Assembly (NCBI GenBank): GCA_046292385.1
Contig: JBKBRF010000005.1
Span: 103,744-167,743 of the forward strand
Direction: 5' to 3'
Source: Armatimonadota bacterium
GTDB lineage: Bacteria; Armatimonadota; SYMT01
Length of the DNA: 64,000 nt
Below are positions 1-8,794 of this stretch, piece by piece. The translations under genes were made by a program, and so were the position numbers. Position 1 is the first letter of the stretch, and every line of letters starts with the position of its first letter. The notes beneath the pieces are model-generated. The model made no database searches and was not told the origin of the DNA. It saw only the letters and a list, made by a program, of their open reading frames with translations.

Positions 1-175
1 CCTCCGCCATGTGGCCCGCGTCCTGCTCGTGGCGGACGAGGATGTGGCGGATGTCCTCTTCCTCGTAGATCGCGTCGTAAAGCGGGATCACCCGGCCGCC
101 GGGATACCCGAACATCACCTGCACGCCGTGGAGCTTCAACTGCTCCAGAATGGCCTTGCTGCCCTTCATCTTCAT
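1..175 (-). CDS. ilvB: Acetolactate synthase large subunit, 5' part (runs off the left edge)
   Basis: Manual translation [58 protein letters not shown] has the FGYPGG and RHEQ TPP-enzyme motifs. AGAGG RBS upstream. Not in the ORF track. Confidence 0.93.
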   Translation of the reverse strand, partial: MKMKGSKAILEQLKLHGVQVMFGYPGGRVIPLYDAIYEEEDIRHILVRHEQDAGHMAE

Positions 176-271
176 CGTGCGCCGTCCTCTCCCGTACACC
201 CTACGGAGAACGCCTCGTTTTGCTGCGGAGCGTGCCACGCTGCACGCGCGGGCCGGGATCGCTCTTCCCAA

Positions 272-577
272 CCCCAAAAACACAAAAGCCCCTCATCCTA
301 GGGACGAGAGGCGCTGCCTTCGCGGTACCACCCTGGTTCCGGCCGGAGTCGCGGGCATGGGTCACGGAAAGTGACCCCGCCGCGGTGCTCGCGGTCGCTC
401 AAGAGCGTGATAACGGTCGCTAACCGGGTCCCCCTACTGCGGCGTCGCAATGCGCGGCAGCCGGTTCAGGGTCCAGCTCGGAGGTGAGTTTCAACGGGGG
501 TCGGTGCCGCCCTCCCAGCCCCGGGGCAGCTCTCTGGGACGCGACCGTTCCGTTTACTGGTCCTCGTCGTCGCCTTT
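272..577 (-). promoter_or_regulatory. T-box riboswitch (Leu, CUC specifier) with intrinsic terminator, upstream of ilvB
   Basis: On the minus strand: T-box AACCAGGGTGGTACCGCG (338-321), AGTA, AGAGA and GCTG stem-I motifs, GAAA-CTC-A specifier (CTC at 488-486), CCGTTATC F-box, and terminator CCTCTCGTCC-CTA-GGATGAGGGG followed by CTTTTGTGTTTTT. Confidence 0.92.
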
Positions 578-596
578 CACCTTACTAGATTTCCTT

Positions 597-627
597 AGTA
601 TGTATCAGAATGACGCCCGCCGGTCAA
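597..627 (-). promoter_or_regulatory. Possible sigma70 promoter for the T-box leader
   Basis: TTGACC (627-622), then TACATA at 17 nt spacing or CATACT at 19 nt, just 5' of T-box stem I. Imperfect -10. Confidence 0.4.
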
Positions 628-676
628 CCGAATCGGGCGTCCGAGAACGACCGGACGAGTCCGAATTTCGCTGCGC

Positions 677-1954
677 TCAGGGTCGCACGGCGGCCGAGAC
701 CATCTCCACCACCCGCCGCAACCCATCGTCGCCGCCCATGCTCCCCTCGTGGAACGGGGTTCGCGGGATCGGCTTCCAGTTGTCGCGCGAGGTGTCCGGC
801 GGCGGCGGCTGCGGGATGCGGGTCAGGGCCGGGTCGTACTGGCCGTTGTTGCCGCCCAGCTTGTAGATCACCAGGTCGAGCGACGGCACGACGAACAGCC
901 CGAACCCACCCGCGCCGGACTTGTAGAAAGCGTCGCGCGGAGCCCCGGCCACGTGCCCGTCCGCGTTGTGCTCGAACTGAAGGCTGAACGGCGTGTGCCG
1001 GTTGTACGCGGATGGCTGGTGGCATTTCTCGATGTACTCCGCGGGCACCAGCTGCTTCTCTTTCCACCGCCCTTCCCGGAGCAGACAGTACCCGAACCGG
1101 AGCGCGTCGGTGGCGCGGACCGCGATACTCCCGGCACCGTTCGCGTGCGGCATCTTGTAGTCGCCGCGGTAGAGACAGTAGCCCCACGGCCCCCACCCCA
1201 TCGGCTTTGCCAGGCGCTGGTCGATGTAGTCCTGCAGCTCCATTCCGGTAACGCGGCGCAGCACCATCGAAGCCACGTGCGGCGAAGGAGAAGAGTAGGA
1301 GTAGCCGCCGCCCGGCTCGACCCAGAGCGGCGTCCGCAGCGAGGACTGATCGAGGTCTCGGATGTTTTGGCCGGGAACCGGCTGCAGCGGGACCACGCGC
1401 CCCTCGATCACGCCCGGGCTGGAGCCCTCCCCGTGATACCCGGCGCTCATGCAGAGGAGCTGTCCCAGGGTAATCTCGGCCTTGCGCGGATCGTCGAGCG
1501 GAAACGCCTCCGGCAAGTACTCCTTCGTGAAGACCTTCTGATCCAGACCGTCCGGAATCTTGTCCCGATGCTCGGCCAGCATGATCCCGCAGGCAATGCT
1601 GGTGTAGGCCTTTCCGGTAGAGGCCATGTCCGGATTCGCGTCCCGCTGCGCCCGCCCGAAGTACTTCTCGTAGACCAGGTAACCGCGGCGCACCACCAGC
1701 AGCCCGCCGTTCTGGCTGCAGCGCTGCGTGAGCTCGAACGCCTGGTCCAACCGGGAGAGCTCCATGCCGGCGCGCTTTCGGATCGCCGCGGCGTCGTGGA
1801 GCGTACGCCAGCCGCCCTGGCTGTCCGGCGGCGGGAAATAGCTGTCGGCTGCCGCCCGAGTGCGGGCAGGCACCGCACGCGCTGCGGCCGGAGCGGCGAA
1901 GCCGGCGGCGATCAGCGCGCGCCGGGAAAGTCTTACGGACACGGGCGGGGTCAT
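677..1954 (-). CDS. Serine hydrolase, beta-lactamase/AmpC-like family, with Tat-like signal
   Basis: SRRALI leader, SxxK (STGK), ITLGQLL and PGxxYSYSS motifs. An upstream TTG start at 1972 is possible. Confidence 0.85.
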   Translation of the reverse strand: MTPPVSVRLSRRALIAAGFAAPAAARAVPARTRAAADSYFPPPDSQGGWRTLHDAAAIRKRAGMELSRLDQAFELTQRCSQNGGLLVVRRGYLVYEKYFGRAQRDANPDMASTGKAYTSIACGIMLAEHRDKIPDGLDQKVFTKEYLPEAFPLDDPRKAEITLGQLLCMSAGYHGEGSSPGVIEGRVVPLQPVPGQNIRDLDQSSLRTPLWVEPGGGYSYSSPSPHVASMVLRRVTGMELQDYIDQRLAKPMGWGPWGYCLYRGDYKMPHANGAGSIAVRATDALRFGYCLLREGRWKEKQLVPAEYIEKCHQPSAYNRHTPFSLQFEHNADGHVAGAPRDAFYKSGAGGFGLFVVPSLDLVIYKLGGNNGQYDPALTRIPQPPPPDTSRDNWKPIPRTPFHEGSMGGDDGLRRVVEMVSAAVRP

Positions 1955-2089
1955 GGGGTGAGATCCGGACAAAGGCGCGCCTCCGCTCGCCAGGGGCAGC
2001 GCCGGAGTCGGCGCGGCTCGGCGGCGCGGCGCATATCTATCCGCCGGCAGCCGGCAAGATTCCTCGGGCCGAGAGCCTTCGCGGACCCG

Positions 2090-2746
2090 TCACTCCCAGC
2101 GCACCTCGGTGACGCCCGGAAGCTGGCCCAGGTAGCGGGTGCAGGCGTCCTGCTCGGCGGAGTTGCGCAGCCGCAGCTCCAGGCTCACCCGGCTCTCTCC
2201 GGTGTCCCGGCCGACCTCCAGCCAGCGGACGGCGCGGATCTCTACCCGGTGCGCCTCCAGCTCGCCGAGCACCCGGGCCAGCCCGTCGGTGCCTTGGCGC
2301 AGTCCCACCACGAGGGTCCAGTTGGTGCGAAGGTAAAGGTTCTCCAGGTCTCGCACCCAGCGGTTCAGAGCGTAGACGAGCAGCGCCGCGAAGACCGCTA
2401 GGATCATCATCGAGCCGCCGAGCGCCACCCCCATCCCGATGGCGGCGACCACCCAGAGGCCGGCGGCGGTGGTCAACCCGCGCACGCCGGTATCGGAGCG
2501 GAAAATCGTTCCCGCGCCCAGGAAGCCGATTCCGGAGACGATCTGCGCCGCGATCCGCCCCGGGTCCGCAGGTCCGTCCGCGCCCGCGGTCAGCAGCGAC
2601 GCGTAGGTGAAGAGGGTGCTGCCCATGCAGACCAGAATATGGGTGCGCAGGCCCGCGGGGCGGTCCTGGCGCTCCCGCTCCAGTCCCACCAGGGCTCCCG
2701 CCAGGATCGAGAGCAGCAGCCTTAAGCCCATGTCGAGGAGAAACAT
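2090..2746 (-). CDS. MgtC/SapB family membrane protein
   Basis: GLERE..PAGLRTH and DPGRIAAQIVSGIGFLGAG signatures, plus an ACT-like C-terminal region. Confidence 0.93.
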   Translation of the reverse strand: MFLLDMGLRLLLSILAGALVGLERERQDRPAGLRTHILVCMGSTLFTYASLLTAGADGPADPGRIAAQIVSGIGFLGAGTIFRSDTGVRGLTTAAGLWVVAAIGMGVALGGSMMILAVFAALLVYALNRWVRDLENLYLRTNWTLVVGLRQGTDGLARVLGELEAHRVEIRAVRWLEVGRDTGESRVSLELRLRNSAEQDACTRYLGQLPGVTEVRWE

Positions 2747-2971
2747 TGGTACCGAGTCTTAACACGAGGGGCCGGCTGCGGCTGCATCGTGATTCCGTCC
2801 CCGCGGGGCCGGACCTGCACACGCGGAAAACGGCGTGATACAACCGTTGCGCCACCGCGTTTCCGACCGGTGCGCCGAGCCCGCATCTCTGGAAGGAAGG
2901 CGTCCTCTGCGGCGCGAAGTCTACACCTCTCGTCTCAACCTGTCCTCTGTCTGGCGTGAGAGCAGTTCACC

Positions 2972-3730
2972 ATGAGCGACGACATCACCCGCCTCCTTCA
3001 CGGCTGGCCGCACGACGGGGACGGAGAGCTCCAGGTGCGCCGCCTTCGCGGTGAAGACGGCGCCCTCAAGCTGCAGGTCCGCCTCGACCTCGGTGTGATG
3101 CAGATGGAGACGACCGGCCGCCCGGACGGGCGCCGGCCGTACGGATTCGATACCCTGCTGGAGTACTTCAGCCACCGGGCGGAAGAGTACCGCAGCGAGC
3201 ACGGCTGGTACGAGGGCTTCGAGCTCACGCCGGAGGAGTGCGCCGATATCCAGCGCGAGGCGATGCAGTTCTACCACCGGCGCACCGCCTGCCTGGCGCT
3301 GCAGGACTACGAGCCGGTTATCGAGGATGCGGACCACAACCTCGCCATCCTGGACCTGCTCAAGGCGTTCGCCCGGGACCGGGACGACTGGCTCGCGTCG
3401 GAGCAGTTCCGCGCCTTCATCCAGTGCCACCGCGTCCAGGCGCAGGCACTCCTTCACCTGGCCCGCGGAGAGGTGAAGGAAGCGGTGCTGGAGGTCGACC
3501 GCGGCCTCCGCATGGTGCGGGAGATCCTGGCGGAGCAGGAGCGCCTGGACGAGCTGGAAGACTGCCCGGAGTACCTGCACCTGCTGGAGCTCCGGCGCAA
3601 GCTGGAAGCCCGCTACCACGTGGGGCACCGCCGGCGTCTCCAGATCCTGCTCGATGAAGCCCTCCGCCGAGAGGACCCGGACCAGGCCGCCTCCCTGCGC
3701 GCGCAGCTCCGGGACCTCGGGGAGGAGTGA
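2972..3730 (+). CDS. Conserved protein with C-terminal UvrB/UvrC-type motif
   Basis: LQVRLDLGVMQMETTGRPDG N-terminal block, C-terminal LDEALRREDPDQAASLRAQL resembling a UVR motif, strong GC3 bias. Confidence 0.75.
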   Translation: MSDDITRLLHGWPHDGDGELQVRRLRGEDGALKLQVRLDLGVMQMETTGRPDGRRPYGFDTLLEYFSHRAEEYRSEHGWYEGFELTPEECADIQREAMQFYHRRTACLALQDYEPVIEDADHNLAILDLLKAFARDRDDWLASEQFRAFIQCHRVQAQALLHLARGEVKEAVLEVDRGLRMVREILAEQERLDELEDCPEYLHLLELRRKLEARYHVGHRRRLQILLDEALRREDPDQAASLRAQLRDLGEE

Positions 3731-3825
3731 GGGAGTATTCCGTGCCGAGTATTGCGTAGCGGCGAGCTCGCAGCGCTTTACGAAGACCTCGTGCCGGGCG
3801 GAGCGCCGTCAGGACGCCGAAACGA

Positions 3826-3861
3826 GGACTGCCGGCGGTGAATACCGCCGGCAGTCCCTAC
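3826..3861 (-). repeat. REP-like hairpin with GTAG leader between convergent genes
   Basis: Minus strand reads GTAG-GGACTGCCGGCGGT-ATTC-ACCGCCGGCAGTCC, a perfect 14-bp stem with no T-tract. Confidence 0.6.
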
Positions 3862-3899
3862 ACCCTATCCCCTGGCCCCTGAACCCTGGCCCGAAGGGC

Positions 3900-5558
3900 C
3901 TACCGGGCGGCCGAGAACCGCTGGTTGACCTGGCCGCAGACCTCCTCGAAGTAGCTGAGGCGCTCCGCGTCCCCGTCTCCGAGGACTTCCACCACGACCT
4001 GGTGATCGACCATTCCGACCATCTCGGAGATCATCCGGACCAGGCCGGTATCGCAGCGGCGGATCACCTCGTCGGCGGTCTCCATCGCGCTGGTCCACTT
4101 GGTCGGCCGGTCCCAGAGCGGCACGTCGTCCTCCGCCTCGCCGAACTCGAAGCAGTAGGTCCAGAACAGGTGGTAGACGACGTTGTTGACGCTCTCCCAC
4201 GGCACCGCGGGGTGGTTCTCCTCGAACCACTCGTGGAGCCGGTCCTTCGCTTCTTTGAGCGAGGGCTCCTCCCCCGCCTCTCGCGCCTGCTCGAAGATGC
4301 GGCAGAGGCCGCGGATCACCGCGTAGCGCTCCTCCATCGGCACATGGCGGATGCGGCGACTCCGCAGCGCCCCCATGTACCGCTGGGCCGGGGTCTGCAC
4401 CCAGCCGGTCGTTACAGTGCCGGGCGACGGCTCCGGCAGCCCCGCGATGCAGAGCTCGGCCGGGCTCTCCCGCTCCGCTACCAGCATCTCCCCCTTCACT
4501 TCGGCACGGGCCACCCGGAACCGGTCCCGCATGCCGAGCAGGAAGTCGAGGAACGAGTTGTAGCCGTACGCGCTCTCTTCGAAGCCGGGCAGCTCCTCCA
4601 TCAGCTTGCCGCGGAGCTGGAGGCCGCGCACCGGCGTGCGCTGGGGCAGCTCCACGTCGCCGTCCGGCGAGCCGAGCAGGCGCAAGGAGCGCCGGATCGC
4701 GGCGACCACCTGATCCCGCGGAAGCGGCTCCGAGGGCTCGCTCGGCTGGGACGACTGCGAGAACTCCAGCATCCGCTGGAGGTTCGCCTCCGCCACCGTG
4801 CCTCGCTCCGCCAGGAAGAACTCTCCGTTGCCCGGGCGCCCGCAGAGCAGGGCGTCGCTATTGGCTTCCAGGAACTCCACGAACGAGGAGTACCCCTCGA
4901 ACTGCTCCTCCCAGGCGGGATCCAGCCGGCGCATCGCCGCCTTCACCGCCATCGCCTTCAGCGGGGTTCCGGGCGGCGGCATACCGGGCAGCCCCTGCCG
5001 GTCCGACATCCGCCGCACGGTGCTGAGTAGCAGCGAGCGGCCGTCCCGACGCGCGTGTCCGTTGTTCTCGTGCTCGTCCTCGATCCAGTCCGCGATGTCC
5101 TCGTAGAAGACGTAGTGGTCGCAGCTCTTCACCAGGTACTGGCTGCTGCTGCTTTTCAACCCGACGCCCCAGACCGTCTTTCCATTCTCGCGCAGCCGGT
5201 TTACGAGCGAGAGGAAGTCGCTGTCTCCGGAGACGAGCACGAAATCGGTGATCTCCGGGAAGCGGTAGGTCGCTTCGATCGCGTCGATCGCAATCCGGAT
5301 ATCGGCCCCGTTCTTCCAACCTTCGCGGTCCCGCGCCGCCGCAAACACCTGCACCGGCTCGATGCCGTGCTGCAGCAGGTCGCTCCGGTAGTCTTTGAAA
5401 TAACCCCAGTCCGCGTAGGCCCGCTTGACCAGGATTCGCCCCTTCTCTTCTAATTCCCCCAGGATCGCCCGGAGGTCTACCCGCTCTTCCAAATGGCGCT
5501 GACGCACGCCACGTGCAATGTTCTCGAAGTCAATGAACAACGCCAGACGACATTCCAT
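3900..5558 (-). CDS. NYN (LabA/DUF88) ribonuclease domain plus two OST-HTH/LOTUS domains and an unknown C-terminal domain
   Basis: FIDFEN, KNGADI and LVSGDSDF NYN motifs. Two LOTUS-like repeats: DPAWEEQFEGYSSFVEFL and LPGFEESAYGYNSFLDFL. Confidence 0.85.
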   Translation of the reverse strand: MECRLALFIDFENIARGVRQRHLEERVDLRAILGELEEKGRILVKRAYADWGYFKDYRSDLLQHGIEPVQVFAAARDREGWKNGADIRIAIDAIEATYRFPEITDFVLVSGDSDFLSLVNRLRENGKTVWGVGLKSSSSQYLVKSCDHYVFYEDIADWIEDEHENNGHARRDGRSLLLSTVRRMSDRQGLPGMPPPGTPLKAMAVKAAMRRLDPAWEEQFEGYSSFVEFLEANSDALLCGRPGNGEFFLAERGTVAEANLQRMLEFSQSSQPSEPSEPLPRDQVVAAIRRSLRLLGSPDGDVELPQRTPVRGLQLRGKLMEELPGFEESAYGYNSFLDFLLGMRDRFRVARAEVKGEMLVAERESPAELCIAGLPEPSPGTVTTGWVQTPAQRYMGALRSRRIRHVPMEERYAVIRGLCRIFEQAREAGEEPSLKEAKDRLHEWFEENHPAVPWESVNNVVYHLFWTYCFEFGEAEDDVPLWDRPTKWTSAMETADEVIRRCDTGLVRMISEMVGMVDHQVVVEVLGDGDAERLSYFEEVCGQVNQRFSAAR

Positions 5559-5832
5559 CTATCGGCTTCTTTCAAGCATGCTTTACGCGACCAGATGACG
5601 AGTGTGGGGACTCGCTCGCCCCACCAACGGCTTATTATTGCAGACGAGTGACACCCGCGCGTGCTCTACGGCGAATGACTCACGAAGGCTACGCCCGTAA
5701 GCCCCCCCGTACGTTCCCGAGGAGCGCCTTCTTCTTTTATTCCTCCCAAACGGGGTGGGAGCGCCGGTTGCTCCGCGGCGCGGAGGGAGTTGCCTGCTTA
5801 CTTTCCAACGTCTCGGCGGAGGCGCAAGCGTA

Positions 5833-7164
5833 ATGTCGGTGCTCGATCAGTACTTCCAGCTCAAAGCGCGAGGAAGCTCGGTCTCGCGAGAGGCTCGCGG
5901 GGCGGTGGCCACGTTTATGACGATGGCCTACATCCTCTTCCTGAACCCGCAGATCCTCGCCGCGGCCGGAGTGCCGCAGCAGTCCGCGGTCGCCTGCACC
6001 GCAGCCGCGGCCGGCCTTTGCTGCATCCTGATGGGACTCATGTCGAACCTGCCGATCGCGGTGGCGAGCGGCATGGGGTTGAACGCCATCGTCGCATTCC
6101 AGATCAGCGCCGCCGCCGGCTCCTGGCAGACCGCGATGGGAATCGTGGTCCTGGACGGCCTTCTGATCCTGCTGCTGGTGTTGATAGGGCTCCGGGAGGC
6201 GGTGATGGAGGCGATCCCGGTCGACCTCCGCCGGGCCATTGGCGCCGGGATCGGGCTCTTCGTCGCCTTCATCGGCCTGGTGAACGCGCAGATCGTGATC
6301 GTGCCGCCGGGCACCGTCGCCGTCCTCGGCAAGGATCCCACGCAAGTCCTGCCGCCCGTGACCTTCGGCAGCCTGGCCCACCTGCCGACCGCGGTCGCCG
6401 TGATCGGGCTGGTCTTTACCGCGTTCCTGGCGGCCAGGCGGGTCACCGGCGCGCTCGTGCTCGGCATCCTCGGAACGACCGCCCTGGCGCTGGCGCTGGG
6501 CGTGAGCCGTCTTCCCAGCAGCTTCTCCGCCCCCAGTTTCGAAGCGGCGCTCCAGGCCGACGTGCTCGGCGCGCTCTCCCTCAAGTACGTCCCGCTGCTC
6601 CTCTCGCTGATGATGGTCGACTTCTTCGACACCCTCGGCACCGCTACCGCCATCGCGGAGCAGGCCGACCTGAAGGACGAGCGGGGGAAGATCCCCGGCC
6701 TGCGAGGGCTGCTGGTGGTCGACTCGCTCAGCGCTTCGATCGGCGGGCTGTTCGGCGCCAGTTCGGTCACGTCGTACATCGAGTCGGCGGCCGGGGTGGC
6801 GGAGGGGGCGCGGACCGGCCTGCACACCGTTTTCGTCGGGATCCTCTTCCTCCTGGCGATCTTCGCCGCGCCGATCGCCGGGATCGTGCCCGCCGCCGCC
6901 ACCGCTCCCGCGCTGATCCTGGTCGGCTTCCTGATGGTCGCACAGATGGTGAAGATCGACTTCGAAGAGCTGGAGACCGCCATCCCCGCCTTCGTGACGC
7001 TGATCGCGGTGCCGCTCACCTACTCGATCTCGCACGGGATCGGTTACGGCTTCATCACCTACACCGCGATGAAGCTGCTCGGCGGCAAGTTCCGGGAGGT
7101 CCACCCGCTGATGTACGTCACCTCCGCCGCCTTCGCCGCGTACTTCATCTGGGGCGCGGCTTGA
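5833..7164 (+). CDS. NCS2/AzgA-type purine (guanine/hypoxanthine/adenine) permease
   Basis: TFMTMAYI, ASGMGLNA, DFFDTLGT and YIESAAGVAEGARTGL motifs, many TM helices. ATG at 5833 after GGAGG. Confidence 0.93.
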   Translation: MSVLDQYFQLKARGSSVSREARGAVATFMTMAYILFLNPQILAAAGVPQQSAVACTAAAAGLCCILMGLMSNLPIAVASGMGLNAIVAFQISAAAGSWQTAMGIVVLDGLLILLLVLIGLREAVMEAIPVDLRRAIGAGIGLFVAFIGLVNAQIVIVPPGTVAVLGKDPTQVLPPVTFGSLAHLPTAVAVIGLVFTAFLAARRVTGALVLGILGTTALALALGVSRLPSSFSAPSFEAALQADVLGALSLKYVPLLLSLMMVDFFDTLGTATAIAEQADLKDERGKIPGLRGLLVVDSLSASIGGLFGASSVTSYIESAAGVAEGARTGLHTVFVGILFLLAIFAAPIAGIVPAAATAPALILVGFLMVAQMVKIDFEELETAIPAFVTLIAVPLTYSISHGIGYGFITYTAMKLLGGKFREVHPLMYVTSAAFAAYFIWGAA

Positions 7165-7180
7165 AGAGCGATCCGAACTG

Positions 7181-7503
7181 GACGCGAAGGCGCGAAGGGA
7201 GGGAAGGACGCGAAAGGAAGCCGGAAGCATCTCATAGCCGCCGGGCGGTTGAAACCGCGGCAACCACGGCACGAAGTTTTATCCCCCGGATGGGGGACCC
7301 CCTGCGGGGACTCAGCTGAGCCGGGTTTGGAGCGTCCGGAGGACGCGTGGCCGTTTACCCCGGAGACTTTCGGGGCAGGCCTGCTAGCGAGGTATTCCAA
7401 TGCCTCGCGGCCCCCCGGATGCTCCGCCTGGTTACCCAGCAGGCCCAGCCTGGCCCTTCAGGTTCTCTTCGCGTTCTTCGCGTGAACTTCGCGCCTTCGC
7501 GTT
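7181..7503. repeat. Composite intergenic element: inverted CGCGAAG arms enclosing several REP-like hairpins
   Basis: Left arm ACGCGAAGGCGCGAAG..GGACGCGAA, right arm TTCGCGTTCTTCGCG..CTTCGCGCCTTCGCGT. Internal GCGGTTGAAACCGC (variant at 28925) and GCGTCCGGAGGACGCG..GCGAGGTATTCCAATGCCTCGC (also 31784-31840). The right arm matches 21180-21210 in reverse. Confidence 0.8.
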
Positions 7504-7523
7504 CGTTCGAAAGACACCCGGCG

Positions 7524-8675
7524 TCACGCGCGGCGGAGGGTGGCAACGGCGTGGGCGGACATGCCTTCTTCGCGGCCGACGAAGCCAAGGCGCTCGTTGG
7601 TGGTTGCCTTGATGCTGACGCGGTCCGGCTCGATCCGCAGCGCCTCCGCGATGTGGGCGCGCATCGTGGCGACGTGCGGACCGATCTTGGGGCGCTCGGC
7701 CAGGAGCATCGCGTCGACGTTCACCACGTCCCAGCCCTGCTCCCGCACCCGCTCCCCCACCACCCGCAGCAGCACCAGGCTGCTGGCGCCGCGGTACTGC
7801 TCGTCGGTGTTGGGAAAGTGGAGCCCGATGTCGCCGAGAGCGGCGGCGCCGAGGAGGGCGTCGGAGATGGCGTGCAGCAGCACGTCGGCATCGGAGTGGC
7901 CTTCCAGCCCCAGCCCTTCCGGGTGCTGCAGCTCCACTCCCCCCAGTACCAGCGGCCGACCCGGCTCCAGCCGGTGCACGTCGTACCCGAACCCGGTCCG
8001 CGTCTCCCCACCCAGCAGCGCTTCCGCCATCCGCAAGTCCTCGGCTACCGTAATCTTCAGGTTCCGCCGCTCGCCCGGGACCAGCGTTACCGGATGTCCC
8101 AACTGCTCCACGTAGCTCGCGTCGTCGGTCCCGGTAAAGTCGCTCTCGCGCGCGCTCCGATAGGCCGTCACCAGCAGGTCGTACCGGAAGACCTGCGGCG
8201 TCTGGACCCCGTAGAGCGCGCGGCGGTCGACCGTCTCCCGCGTCGTCTCACCGTCATCGGAGCGCTTCACGGTGTCCGCCACCGGAGTGGCCGGCAGGGC
8301 GGCCCCGGACTCCCGCGCGGCGGCGACGCAGGCGTCGATCAGCCGGGGCGTGGCGAGCGGGCGGGCGCCGTCGTGCACCGCCACCAGCTCCGTGCCTGCG
8401 GGAACGTGGGCCAGGGCGTTCTGGATGCTGTCGTACCGCTCCGCGCCGCCCTGGCAGACAGTGTGCGTCTTCGGGAATCCCGCCGCGATCTCCCGCACCC
8501 GCTCCAGGTCTTCCTCCGCGGTGACGACGATGATCGCGTCGATCCCGGCTGCGGTCTGGAGTGCCTGAAGGGTCCACGCGAGGACCGGGCGGCCGGCGAG
8601 GGCGGCGAAGACCTTGTTCTCCGGCGCTCCGAAGCGCCGGCCGCGTCCCGCCGCGGCTACGATAGCTGTCACCAT
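7524..8675 (-). CDS. ispDF: Bifunctional MEP cytidylyltransferase / MEcPP synthase
   Basis: AAAGRGRRFG, VHDGARP and QTPQ (IspD), then GYDVH, HSDADVLLHA and KATTNE (IspF). Confidence 0.97.
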   Translation of the reverse strand: MVTAIVAAAGRGRRFGAPENKVFAALAGRPVLAWTLQALQTAAGIDAIIVVTAEEDLERVREIAAGFPKTHTVCQGGAERYDSIQNALAHVPAGTELVAVHDGARPLATPRLIDACVAAARESGAALPATPVADTVKRSDDGETTRETVDRRALYGVQTPQVFRYDLLVTAYRSARESDFTGTDDASYVEQLGHPVTLVPGERRNLKITVAEDLRMAEALLGGETRTGFGYDVHRLEPGRPLVLGGVELQHPEGLGLEGHSDADVLLHAISDALLGAAALGDIGLHFPNTDEQYRGASSLVLLRVVGERVREQGWDVVNVDAMLLAERPKIGPHVATMRAHIAEALRIEPDRVSIKATTNERLGFVGREEGMSAHAVATLRRA

Positions 8676-8680
8676 TTCTT

Positions 8681-8792
8681 GAAGGCAAAAGTCAGAAGGC
8701 TAAAGGCAAAAGAAGAACGCTGGCACGAGCAGGGGCTCGGAGCATTTGCCTTCTGCCCCCGATCGGGGGGTGGACCTTAAGCCTTCTACCTT
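8681..8792. repeat. Inverted 7-mer (AAGGCAA/AAGGCTA) arm element between the PIN/TRAM gene and ispDF
   Basis: GAAGGCAAAAGTCAGAAGGCTAAAGGCAAAAG ... TTTGCCTTCTG..CCTTAAGCCTTCTACCTT. Same family as 41163-41348. Confidence 0.75.
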
Positions 8793-8794
8793 AG

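Noticed and set aside
749..2401. Long + strand ORF, and similar ones at 3654-5030, 11222-13324, 17591-19357, 24341-26167 and 38703-41165
   Set aside because: Antisense or off-frame shadows of well-supported genes, expected in high-GC DNA, with no family motifs.
5560..5832. Purine riboswitch upstream of the NCS2 permease
   Set aside because: I could not find the conserved aptamer core (AUAAU..GAUAUGG..GUUUCUACC..CCGUAAA) or a terminator in the right arrangement.
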